Shown here in pieces: positions 52,149 through 61,678 of a stretch of 64,000 nucleotides of DNA (positions are counted from its first letter, which is position 1; every line of letters starts with the position of its first letter). A program made the position numbers and the translations under genes. The notes under the pieces are model-generated. The model was not told the origin of the DNA. It saw only the letters and a list, made by a program, of their open reading frames with translations, and made no database searches. The DNA is taken from the NCBI GenBank assembly GCA_965197865.1, contig CBDANZ010000005.1, positions 631,237 through 695,236 on the forward strand, given 5' to 3'. This stretch comes from Vicinamibacterales bacterium (GTDB lineage Bacteria > Acidobacteriota > Vicinamibacteria > Vicinamibacterales > CAVVIG01).

Positions 52149-53474
52149 TCAGTCAACGGCATGGAGCTGATAGTCCTTCAACAAGATGTCGGCGTCGGCC
52201 GCGTCGTCAGGCAGAACCTGGAGCCAGAGAACTCCCATCTCATCAGAGGGGTGCACTCCCCACCGGACCCGCCGCGGTGGGTAATGCGGGTTGCGCACGT
52301 TCGCGTCCGAGTTGTCGTAGAGATATTCCATCTTGAGCGTGGACCCGCTCGGAAGCTCGATGGGTCTCGCGTATCGATACTGTTCTGCCCAGTGGGCATC
52401 CCACTCTTTGATCCATAGGAGCCACCTCATTGCTCCGTCTGGAAGCGTCGCCGTGGCCCTTATCTCCTTTGCTAGGTTGTGCGCGTGCGGGTAGACGCTC
52501 AGGACCTGGAGGCCCACCGGCAGGACGTAACTATCGACTACCGCATGATCGCGGCTGCCGGCAGGGATGTCGATTGTTCTGGAGCTCAGTTTGAGCAGGA
52601 TCGGGTCGCGCGCCGGCGGTGTCGGGGAAAAGTACAGTGCGATGCTCGGTTGGATCGACTCTGGAGTGCCAGTCGGCCGCAATTGCAGTTGCATGACGAG
52701 GTCGCTTCCCGGTTCGAGCCGCCACGCCATGCCGTCGGGTTCCACCCATGGCGTCGATCCGGGCACCCAGACACTCAGGCGGTCCCCTGGGCCGTCCATG
52801 TGGTCGAGCAGCATGCCAGGGTACCCGGGCTCACGATCTCTTGCGTCGAGCGTTCGAGCCGTTGGCGTCCGGTCGATGCCGACGACCGCGTGACGAAGAA
52901 TCCTGGAGTTGTCAGGTCGAATCTCCATGGCTCGCACGTAACGCGTGGAAGAGACGGGAGCGGGGATGACGAGAGTCCGAAGAACCTCCGTGCCGTCCGC
53001 GATCAGCGTGTAGGGCTGCGGCGCGCGAACAACCATGTCCGGCTCACCAAGGCGCCAGCGGTCGGAAAATGTCGGCACGGGGGGAGGATCCGGCGCTCCT
53101 TCGGGAGCTCCGTCATCGACCCACCGTTGAAACATCGCGATCTGATCTGAATGCAATAGCTTTGCGTTCAGGAATTCGTTCAACTCTGAATCAGGAAGCC
53201 ACGGTGGCATGGCCCGGCGCAGCATGCTCACCAAGAGCGGCCCGGAGCGGCTTTGCACATCTTGATAATCGAGGAGTGGAAGGGGCGTCTGCTGACCCGG
53301 ACGATGGCAGTACGTGCACTGCTCGAAGATCATCGGCGCGATGTCCTGGTTGAACGTCAGACGGCGCGGCTGGGAGCCGTCGATCGCATCGCCCGGATCG
53401 CCGCCGCGGCACCCCGAAAGCGCCGTCATGATCAGGCTACCGAGGAGTACCGCGAGCAACCACGCGTCCTTCAC
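52149..53474 (-). CDS. Lipoprotein with a c-type heme motif fused to a copper type II (PHM/DBH-like) monooxygenase-like domain
   Basis: Lipobox LSGC; CTYCH; MPPW; PHAH (HxH) and DEM motifs in the C-terminal domain. Confidence 0.72.
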   Translation of the reverse strand: MKDAWLLAVLLGSLIMTALSGCRGGDPGDAIDGSQPRRLTFNQDIAPMIFEQCTYCHRPGQQTPLPLLDYQDVQSRSGPLLVSMLRRAMPPWLPDSELNEFLNAKLLHSDQIAMFQRWVDDGAPEGAPDPPPVPTFSDRWRLGEPDMVVRAPQPYTLIADGTEVLRTLVIPAPVSSTRYVRAMEIRPDNSRILRHAVVGIDRTPTARTLDARDREPGYPGMLLDHMDGPGDRLSVWVPGSTPWVEPDGMAWRLEPGSDLVMQLQLRPTGTPESIQPSIALYFSPTPPARDPILLKLSSRTIDIPAGSRDHAVVDSYVLPVGLQVLSVYPHAHNLAKEIRATATLPDGAMRWLLWIKEWDAHWAEQYRYARPIELPSGSTLKMEYLYDNSDANVRNPHYPPRRVRWGVHPSDEMGVLWLQVLPDDAADADILLKDYQLHAVD

Positions 53475-53831
53475 AGTATAGAATCTACCATTTGTCCGTC
53501 GTGGCCCCGCCTATTACGCCTACAAGATCGACACGACGACCGGAGCGGATTTCGCCCAGCCCGGCCATGTTGGCCAGGCCGACTACGTGACGTGCCAAGA
53601 CTTACGAGAATTACGAGGCGATAGAAACAGAATAGGGACAATCGCGCCCGTGCTGGGGGCTGCGGGGGTTCCTAAACGTCAGACTCAGACTTTCCCCCCC
53701 CCTTGAGAACACTTACGCCGATGCGAATCCCCGCAAGTCTCCATGGTGATGGGTCAGGACCTCATCCTGACCTGGCCGTCGACTTAAGAAAAGCCGCACA
53801 CCGACTCGAGTTTTCGTTTACTGTGTGACGC

Positions 53832-54113
53832 ATGGATATCGAGTCGACTGAGCGCGCCACGTATGCCGACAGCCTGAAGGTGGGATGGTTCCTTACCTGG
53901 CGCTCAGCGGTTGTCGCACTCGTTATTGGCTGGGGTTGGGGTTTCGTCGCGTTCCCGCTCGAGTTGGTCTACACGGACGAGTGGGCGGATTTCACTGCGG
54001 TTGTTTCTGGTGCACTTGGGGGCTTCTTCCTTGGCGTGCCCTGGGCAGTCCGGATGATGCTAAAGAAACCGTTCCATGGGTTCCGTATTCAGCTCGTTCG
54101 TGTCAGCGAGTGA
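53832..54113 (+). CDS. Small 2-TM hypothetical membrane protein
   Basis: Open 93-aa ORF with two hydrophobic helices; no family recognised. Confidence 0.55.
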   Translation: MDIESTERATYADSLKVGWFLTWRSAVVALVIGWGWGFVAFPLELVYTDEWADFTAVVSGALGGFFLGVPWAVRMMLKKPFHGFRIQLVRVSE

Positions 54114-54370
54114 GGTGCTGGGGCTGCACTGACTAGTGCCTAGGTTCCGCAGACAGAGTGCGTCGAAGGTCAAGATTCTGGCCGATTCAAAGAGTATGGC
54201 GGGGGTGGCCCGTTGGTCGTCCAAGAGTCGTCGTGCCGGCAGTTCGACGCTGCCGTCTCGCCGAGCTGCATGCCGTCGCCCGGGTTAGACGCGCCGCCGG
54301 AGCCAGAACGTCGCGACCAGCAGCCCCGAGGCGGGCAGCCAGCTCGGGACGGCTTACTGCAGGGAGGACA

Positions 54371-55201
54371 GTGTTACGGATCGTCCCGATGTGTCTCGGC
54401 CTGGGAGCGGCGTTTGCCGCACAGCCGGTCGACGTAGACCTGGCGGTGAGGCGCGTCGGCAACTACGTCGAGCAGTACTACACGCGCGTGCAGAGGTTCC
54501 TGCTGGAGGAGACAGTAATCTTGCAACCGCTCACCCCGAACTGGTCATTCGACGGCTTTGCGCGGCGGCTGGAATACGAGCTTCGTGTCGAATGGAATCC
54601 GTCGGCAACGAAGGAACCGGCGAGGGTGGTCCGCAAACTGATCCGCGCGAATGGGCCGTCGCTCGGCCCGCCTGATCAGCCGGATTGCATGGACCCGCGC
54701 ACCATCTCCCCCGAGCCGCTGGCGTTTCTGCTGCCGGATCGGCGCAGCGCGTTCAATTTCGAGGTAGCCGGCTCGACGCGCATTGACGGCCGCGAGGCCG
54801 TGATGCTCGATTACCGAGTCCTGGCGCGCGAGCAGCCTCAGGTGGAATGGAGCGGCCACTGCGCCTGGGTCGACCTGTCCGGCCGTACGCGCGGGCGCGT
54901 CTGGGCGGATGCGGACACCTTCGAGATCCTCCGCTTCGACGAGCACCTCGTTGGGCCTGTCGACATCCCGAGGCCGCGCGAGCGGCGCGCCTACGGGCCA
55001 CGATCGTTTACCTTCGAGCGAGCCGATACCTCAATTCGTTACAAGCTCGTGACGTTCGAGAATCCGGACGAAACTCTCATGCTACCGGAGCGGATCGAGA
55101 GTATGACCATCGTCAGGAACTCCGGCGTTCCTCGGCTGCGCACCACACAGACCTACGACAACTACCGCCGGTTCGTCACCGATTCGCAGATCGTCCGGTA
55201 G
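54371..55201 (+). CDS. Exported hypothetical beta-rich protein (LolA/MucB-like sorting-fold candidate)
   Basis: RBS AGGGAGG before GTG 54371; signal peptide; beta-strand-rich, ends YDNYRRF. Confidence 0.65.
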   Translation: MLRIVPMCLGLGAAFAAQPVDVDLAVRRVGNYVEQYYTRVQRFLLEETVILQPLTPNWSFDGFARRLEYELRVEWNPSATKEPARVVRKLIRANGPSLGPPDQPDCMDPRTISPEPLAFLLPDRRSAFNFEVAGSTRIDGREAVMLDYRVLAREQPQVEWSGHCAWVDLSGRTRGRVWADADTFEILRFDEHLVGPVDIPRPRERRAYGPRSFTFERADTSIRYKLVTFENPDETLMLPERIESMTIVRNSGVPRLRTTQTYDNYRRFVTDSQIVR

Positions 55202-55297
55202 TTTGTTTGGTGCCTTCACACTCCGCGACCCTCTTCACCCCCGATCAAGGGCGTTGTGTTTACTGAAAGCTCGTCAGCGCCGAATTCCTGAGGCAGA

Positions 55298-56121
55298 GTG
55301 GCGACCGGGACCATTCTGGCCGGATGGCCCACGCAGCTTCGCGTCGTCCACATAAGATCGTTCGACATGGAGAAGCCAGACTCGATGTGGGTGCGTAAGG
55401 TGTTCATGGCTGGCGGACAAGATCCGTTCAACGCGATGGATGCTGACGCACGCGACGCGCTGTCGCTGATGTATCAGGTCGTCACTGGGCGGGATGGCTT
55501 GGTGCGGCACGCCCTTCAATTCTTGCTGCCAAGTTACGCAGGCGACGAACGTACTCCGCACTCATATTCCGAAGCCTCGAACTAGACGAAGGGAGTGAGA
55601 ACCATATAAGCAAGCAGCAGGTTGACTGGTCGAAGGTCGATCTTGAGGCCATCACGAAACAAATTCTCGACAACGCCGTGGCCGAGCTCCGCAAGACCGA
55701 GCAGAAGGCGAGACCATCGGCGACGCCGGTTGACGAGTTAGAGGCCGAAGTAACGCGGATCGTCAACGCGGGGACCGGCTTGACGCGCGAGCTGGTCGTC
55801 ATGGGCATCCTCATGAACAACGCCGACCTCGCGCGCCGGCTGAAGCGGTTCATCGAAGAGCAAGACGGCGGCCGCGAGAAAGCGCTGCGAGCCATCAGCG
55901 ACCGCGCAATCGCGGTCGGCTTGGAAAAGGGCGGCGGCGCGGCGGCGGAACTGGATTGGCGTGCCCGCGCGCGAATGCAGAAGGGCGACGAGTCGTCGCG
56001 GTTCAACCGTCCACAACAAAGGCGACCCCGAGAGGTCGCCTTTAGATACTCACGCCCTGCCGTGGCCAGTGCTGCTGGTTGTCTTGTTTCTGTGCGAGCG
56101 CCCACGGCTGGTACGGAATGA
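55298..56121 (+). pseudogene. Possibly one frameshifted hypothetical gene (track ORFs 55298-55585 and 55678-56121)
   Basis: The 55678 frame is open upstream to about 55520 without a start codon and overlaps the end of the 55298 ORF. Confidence 0.3.
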
Positions 56122-56389
56122 TCCCGCCTTCGACGACGCCGATCGATCCGGGCACCGAGCTGGCGGCGCCCAGGGCCAGCGCGGGCGCGGCGGGCACTTC
56201 CGCCAGCGGATGCACACCCGGTTGCGTCACGAAGCCTGGCCGCGCCGCATGCGCCTCGAGATCCCAATTCGCTTCATTCAAAGTCTGCCAGACACCGCTG
56301 AAATTCGGATGTCCGTCGAGTCGCGCCAGCCGCTGACCCTCGCCCGAGTTCTGCGCGTGCACAATGGCGACGATCGAGACTGGTCCCAC
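56042..56389 (-). pseudogene. Truncated paralog of the PDLxGxW hypothetical family
   Basis: DGHPNFSGVWQ...WDLEAH...IPYQPWA, then a premature end. Confidence 0.55.
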
Positions 56390-56422
56390 GGGCCAGCGCA
56401 GGACGCAGTGCGCAGAAAACAG

Positions 56423-57595
56423 TTACCGGCCGCCCGGGCCCCTCGGCGGTGTGACGACGTTCAGCGTGGTCGGATCGGGGCCTCGTCCCGCGGCAAAGTC
56501 GGCCTCCAGCTTGCGCGTGCCTGCGAGCACGCCGAGCATCCCAAAATTTCCCTCGTGGCACCGCGGCTCCCGGTAGATTCGATTGTACTTATCCTCTTGC
56601 TTGCGGTACTCCTGTTTGACGGTCCACGGTTTCGTCCACGTCGTCTTGTCGTCCATAGTGGCGACGTATTCGAGCGTATCCGGGCCAGTGCGGGTCCAGC
56701 GTTCCACGAGATGGAGGTTCTCGGTGGTGGATCCCACACGGTAAGTTGGGACGCCCGATCTCGGGAATTCGGTCTTGCCGCTGAAATTGGTGACATCGAC
56801 GACCAGCGTATCGCCCTCCCAACGGCCACGCGAGTCTCCCCACCAGAAACGGACTGACTGCGGGAGATGCGGACTTCCATCCACAGGGATTGTTCGGTGC
56901 CAGGCTTGGCCTTGCCCGGTGTCGTAGAAAATCGAGACCCTCTTCGGCGACTGCACAATCTGACGGAAGCCACCGAAATCCGGCAGGTTACCTGACATGC
57001 ACCGAATGCTGAGGCCCCGTTCTTCCGGACCGTCGGAACGATTGAATTTTCCAATCGCTGGGTAGTACTTGAGCGGTCGGGGTTTCGCGTTTGGATCGTA
57101 CTTGCCGCCCTCACATCCAGGAAGCTGGTCCTTGCACCGGTTCGTGGGTAGCACCAGCGCGAGATAGAACGCGCGCCACTCCTCTTGTCGCTTCAGTGCT
57201 TCAGGCGTGAGGGGCGGTATGCGCCCGTCTGGCGGATCCACAATCAACGACGTGCGCCGACTCGTGTGTTTCCGAGAGGTGAACACCGCATTGTAGGCGC
57301 CAGAGACGTCCGCTTCGCTTCCTGGCGCTGCGCGCCTATCACTCCCTAGCTGCCTTGCTCGCTGCGTGTCCAGTTCGGCAATCTCTGCATCGGTCAGGGA
57401 CTCGCGTCCGGCAAACCTTTCCGGCCGCTGCAGGGGTGTCTGAAATTCGTCGGTCCATATGCCCTGCAGGTCCGGTTCGTCCCACGAGGTCTTGAGCGCC
57501 GACGCGGCTGTTGTCGACGTGCGACACGCGGCGCCGGCCAGCGCCACCATGGCGATCGCGACCATGACCTTCAACTCGAGAGATCGGCGTTTCAT
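56423..57595 (-). CDS. Exported/lipoprotein hypothetical protein of the PDLxGxW family
   Basis: Lipobox-like GAAC; SWDEPDLQGIW, WWGDSRGRWEGDTLVVD, HLVERWTR, WTKPWT, CHEGN. Confidence 0.8.
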   Translation of the reverse strand: MKRRSLELKVMVAIAMVALAGAACRTSTTAASALKTSWDEPDLQGIWTDEFQTPLQRPERFAGRESLTDAEIAELDTQRARQLGSDRRAAPGSEADVSGAYNAVFTSRKHTSRRTSLIVDPPDGRIPPLTPEALKRQEEWRAFYLALVLPTNRCKDQLPGCEGGKYDPNAKPRPLKYYPAIGKFNRSDGPEERGLSIRCMSGNLPDFGGFRQIVQSPKRVSIFYDTGQGQAWHRTIPVDGSPHLPQSVRFWWGDSRGRWEGDTLVVDVTNFSGKTEFPRSGVPTYRVGSTTENLHLVERWTRTGPDTLEYVATMDDKTTWTKPWTVKQEYRKQEDKYNRIYREPRCHEGNFGMLGVLAGTRKLEADFAAGRGPDPTTLNVVTPPRGPGGR

Positions 57596-57939
57596 GTGCC
57601 CCCCAACCAACTTTGACGTTCGGGTCGCGCCGCTCATTCGAATGCCTTCAAGTTCCGGACGAAAGATCCTGATTATATACTTCACGCGTCGACGATCAAG
57701 CCGTCCGGTCTCCGTTAACAGATGAGTCAGGTAGCCGACATTTCCGATCTCGGACGAGGCGGGTGCGGCCGAGATCGACAGCTCGTTCGCAAGGCCGCAG
57801 ATGACGTCTGCTGGGTGCTTGTGCGAAAGTATCCTGCTCGAGTCGCGGATCTATGGCGATGGAAGGCGATGGGGACAAATCGCGTGGACAATCGCCCGCA
57901 CGCAAGCGCCGATGCCAAACAACGGTCCGAGTAAGTTGT

Positions 57940-57948
57940 TGCTATAAT
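57940..57948 (+). promoter_or_regulatory. Extended -10 promoter for tRNA-Leu, located inside the island end
   Basis: TGcTATAAT (perfect TGnTATAAT) 17 nt upstream of the tRNA. Confidence 0.65.
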
Positions 57949-57965
57949 GGAATTTCTCACTTGAC

Positions 57966-58054
57966 GCCGGGGTGGCGGAACTGGCAGACGCACAGGACTT
58001 AAAATCCTGGGTCCCGCAAGGGGCGTGTGGGTTCGAGACCCGCCCCCGGCACCA
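57966..58054 (+). tRNA. tRNA-Leu (anticodon TAA)
   Basis: GCCGGGG acceptor / CCCCGGC-ACCA, anticodon arm CAGGA-CTTAAAA-TCCTG, long variable arm, GGTTCGAG T-loop. Confidence 0.95.
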
Positions 58055-58182
58055 TGGTTTCAAGGAGTTACGCGGAGTGCCGGCTGTTACTGTCCATTTA
58101 TCGGCAGAGCCGCCCAGCTTTTTCGTTAATGCTCTCTCATTCGTCAATGTTCTACTCAAGGGAGCTTGCAGCGCGTCTATGG

Positions 58183-60567
58183 ATGACCCGGGTCGTGGCC
58201 TGCGGACTCGTCTCGTTGATGCCCGGCACCGCGGTCTTCGCCCAGGGGACGGGCACACTGATCGGCGCGGTTGAGTCCAGTCAGAACGGGCAGGCCGTCG
58301 CGGGTGCTGCTGTCGTCGTGGAAGGCACGGCCTTGATGGCCGTGACGAACGCGGTCGGTCGCTTCGAGATCGTCGGCGTACCCGCGGGTGAGCAAACAGT
58401 ACTCGTATCGGCGCCTGGCTTTCTCGAACTCCGCGTCCCGAGCATCGCTGTGCAGGCCGGTCAAGCATTCGCACTCACGGTTGAGCTCGACACCACGCCG
58501 AACTTCATGGAAGCGGTGCAGGTGACCGCCACCAAGACGGCGTTGAGCGTGGGTGAAGTTGCCGCGCAGACGACGATCATCGATCGGGACACAATCGAGC
58601 TCCAGGGCGACCAAACTCTCACGCAAGCGATAGGAAACGCCCCTGGCGTGTTCGTGAGCACGCAGCTGGGTATCTTCGAATCTGTCCTGATGCGAGGAAT
58701 GCCCCGCCAAGGTAACGAGTTCACGAACACACTGCTCCTGATCGATGGTGTGCCGCAGACCAATTCGGGAAACGATGCCCGTGTTGTTGCCTTGCCCATC
58801 AACGATGCGAGCAGGATCGAGTTGGTTCGTGGTCCGAACTCGTCGTTGTACGGTCGAACGGCGATCGGCGGCGTGATTAACGTGCTAACCGCCAACTCTA
58901 CGGCCACGCCGGAGGTAACCGCGACATTCACGGGCGGTGAGTTTGGCGCGGCGAAGAGTGTGTTCAGCGCTTCTGGTCCGATCAGCAACTGGAGTGGGTT
59001 CTACCTGTCGGCGGCCCACGAGCGCAGCGGTGGCTACTACGTCAATAAGACGACCGATGATTTCGTGATGGGCAACACAGCCGTGTTCGTCAAGCTAAAT
59101 TTCGCGCCTGATGACCGGTCGTTCGGCAGCATCAGCGTGAACCGGGTTATCTCGGAGAACAGCACGCCCACTAACGAGCCGGTCATCGACGGTCGCCTCC
59201 TGCACGAGATCGAGCCGCGCTTCGAACGGTTCACCAACTTCAACATCCCTGGCCGCAACTACCAGCAGCGGGAGGGGCGCGTAACGTTGAACTACACGCG
59301 GCAACTGACGTCCTGGGTACGGTTCGTCGAGGTCTTCGGCTACCGGGACGTTCAGTTGAAGTTCGACGAGGACGGCGACTTCATCGGCACTCCCGTCGAT
59401 TTCGACACGCATATGGTGACGATGTACCCGTTCAGCCAGCAGCAGGATGAGGATGTTTTTTACGAGGAGGTCCGCCTCGAGTTCGAGAGCGCCACCAGCG
59501 ATGTGGAGCACGGCCTCACGGTCGGCGGCACGTACGAGCGCAACAAGGGCCAGATCGCCAGCGACTTCATCTTCAACGACCCGGACCTGTTCGGCTTCGC
59601 GATCGACTATCTGAATCCAGTCATCCCCGACCGCAACGAGTGGCAGCACTTCGAGGGCAGCCGGGGCTACAATCTCGGCATAGCGGCACTGTTCGCCCAG
59701 TACGTGGTCGGGCCCGCGCCGCGCCTGCTCGTGACCGCTGGCGGACGCTACGACCGACTCGACATGGACGTCACGCGCGCCGGTGGCCCGCTGGTCGAGG
59801 CGACCTTCGATGCGTTCAGTCCCAAGCTCAGCGCTACGATCAAACTCCTGAGCACGGGCGGCGCGGGTCCGGCACTCAATATTTACGGGGCGTACTCCCA
59901 GTCGTTCCTCCCGCCGCGGCGCCCCAGCTCGCTGACGCCTGCAGACGTCCCACTGAACCTTAAGCCCGAGGACATCGACAACTACGAGGTGGGCCTCAAG
60001 GGGAGCCTCCTCGATGGCCGTCTCTCACTCGACGCCGCATACTTCTACATGATTGAGGACGGCGTCGTCCTTAGCCGCCGCGTGGGGCCGTTCTTCTTGC
60101 CAACCAACGCGGGCCAGCGGAAGTACAAGGGTTTCGAGACCGGCGTGGCGATGGCATTCACGCCGCAGGTATCCGCCTTCGTCAATGGGAGCGTCTATCG
60201 CCACCGTTTCGGCGACTTCGTCATCCAGTCCGATGGCGGCGATACGGTACTCTCGGGCAACCGGCTACGGATGTCGCCCGACTACCTTGTGAACTGGGGC
60301 CTGTCGGTGACGCCGGATGCGGCCGTCAACGCCAACGTGGGCGTGAAGCACGTGAGTGACATGCAGGGCAACGACGACAACTCCTTCGGCCTCGACGGTT
60401 ACACCGTGGTCGACGCTGCCGTGTCGTGGGGACGTGGCCCGCTGCGCATCACGCTCTCGGCCCACAATTTGCTGAATGAGGAGTACTACTGGAACGGTGA
60501 CGGCGAGTCGGCCGATCCGGCGAGCCCCCGCCAAGTGCTCCTGACGACATCGGTTCGATTCAGGTAG
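58183..60567 (+). CDS. TonB-dependent receptor with N-terminal carboxypeptidase-regulatory-like domain
   Basis: VQVTATK TonB-box region, LLLIDGVP, RIELVRGPNSSLYG..AIGGVINV plug motif, NLLNEEY, C-terminal RFR. Confidence 0.92.
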   Translation: MTRVVACGLVSLMPGTAVFAQGTGTLIGAVESSQNGQAVAGAAVVVEGTALMAVTNAVGRFEIVGVPAGEQTVLVSAPGFLELRVPSIAVQAGQAFALTVELDTTPNFMEAVQVTATKTALSVGEVAAQTTIIDRDTIELQGDQTLTQAIGNAPGVFVSTQLGIFESVLMRGMPRQGNEFTNTLLLIDGVPQTNSGNDARVVALPINDASRIELVRGPNSSLYGRTAIGGVINVLTANSTATPEVTATFTGGEFGAAKSVFSASGPISNWSGFYLSAAHERSGGYYVNKTTDDFVMGNTAVFVKLNFAPDDRSFGSISVNRVISENSTPTNEPVIDGRLLHEIEPRFERFTNFNIPGRNYQQREGRVTLNYTRQLTSWVRFVEVFGYRDVQLKFDEDGDFIGTPVDFDTHMVTMYPFSQQQDEDVFYEEVRLEFESATSDVEHGLTVGGTYERNKGQIASDFIFNDPDLFGFAIDYLNPVIPDRNEWQHFEGSRGYNLGIAALFAQYVVGPAPRLLVTAGGRYDRLDMDVTRAGGPLVEATFDAFSPKLSATIKLLSTGGAGPALNIYGAYSQSFLPPRRPSSLTPADVPLNLKPEDIDNYEVGLKGSLLDGRLSLDAAYFYMIEDGVVLSRRVGPFFLPTNAGQRKYKGFETGVAMAFTPQVSAFVNGSVYRHRFGDFVIQSDGGDTVLSGNRLRMSPDYLVNWGLSVTPDAAVNANVGVKHVSDMQGNDDNSFGLDGYTVVDAAVSWGRGPLRITLSAHNLLNEEYYWNGDGESADPASPRQVLLTTSVRFR

Positions 60568-60892
60568 GACGCGGCCGAGAAAGGACGTCGCTGTGCGCGA
60601 CTCTATAGCCCGTCCCTGGCGGCACCAACCGCAATGACAACCTTGTGTTTCAATGGGGCCCCACGGGCGAGGATTTCACGGGCCAATCCGGGGTCCTGGA
60701 CCTCGCTCGGTTTCTTGGGATTCCCGCGAGCGAAGCGGACGACCTCTCGGACCATCAGCCCGTGTACGCCGTGTTCTTCACACGCACCGGGATACGCGGT
60801 AGAGGTCGATCAGTTCTCGAAGAGGGAGGGAAGTAGCCCCAGTCGATCAGGGCGCTCACTTCAGACGAGCCGAGGCGGGTGCCGGGGCTTAG

Positions 60893-61050
60893 CAGTCCGT
60901 GGTGAAAGTCCGTCTGCATTCGACGAGCGATGCATCCTCGTGGCCTGCGTTGCTCCTCCATCAAATACAGGCGGTATTCTCGGTCGTCGCGCCTTGCCCG
61001 CGAGGCGCCTCGCTCGTCTCGGTGCAGCGCCCGACTTTCACCACGGACTG
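60893..61050. mobile_element. 158-bp MITE with perfect 18-bp terminal inverted repeats and TTAG target-site duplication
   Basis: CAGTCCGTGGTGAAAGTC (60893-60910) ... GACTTTCACCACGGACTG (61033-61050), flanked by TTAG at 60889-60892 and 61051-61054. Confidence 0.85.
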
Positions 61051-61357
61051 TTAGGGCCACGGGTGGTGGCGCTGATTATAGTGAGAATGATAGGAGCGCT
61101 GACCGGCGCCGTCGTTCAGGAGTAGGACGTTGAGCGTGTCGTAGTGGACCGTTTGCCGAGGTGTTTCCCGAGCCGGCAGTCCGCAATGCTGTCACGGGCG
61201 TCGTTGTGAGAAAGGGCGGCTTCGAGGGGAGGGGTTTCTGGTGGTGCTGGAAATTCGGCTTGGCCCGATGTCTTGGTGGGGAAGCCTAGAAAAATGAGCC
61301 TGTCGAGGGACTCGATGCCTTCATGTCCCCCCGCCCAATCCATTCTATGCTTCCAAT

Positions 61358-61678
61358 TCATCCTGACGCTTCAGCCAGTTCCTTGAGATAGGTCACAAAC
61401 GATCGTCCCTCGTGTCGCTGATAACCTTCAACCAGCTCGGTTGAAAGGTCGCTGAAGTATTGGTCATAAACCGTTGTCCGTTCGTGGAGAAGGGGAGACG
61501 GACAGTAGCAGACCTCGCTCCACTCGATGTCGCCGGAATCCGTCACGACCGCCCGGTGCATGGAATCGACGATCTCTTCTCCGTCAGGCTGTTGACGCCC
61601 AATCGTACCGTCGAGCAACCTGCGCCGCAGTTCGGTAGCGGTGTCTTTCTTCAACCTTGCCCGTACCTTGTAGAACAT
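61358..61678 (-). CDS. Hypothetical protein (106 aa)
   Basis: Compact ORF with plausible composition and a WSEVCYCPSPL..ER motif; no family named. Confidence 0.7.
   Translation of the reverse strand: MFYKVRARLKKDTATELRRRLLDGTIGRQQPDGEEIVDSMHRAVVTDSGDIEWSEVCYCPSPLLHERTTVYDQYFSDLSTELVEGYQRHEGRSFVTYLKELAEASG

Larger units (their letters stand above)
47194..57965. mobile_element. Decayed genomic island (about 10.8 kb) integrated in tRNA-Leu
   Basis: Bounded by the 35-bp tRNA 5'-half direct repeat; contains recombinase remnants and many gene fragments; no intact integrase. Confidence 0.75.
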
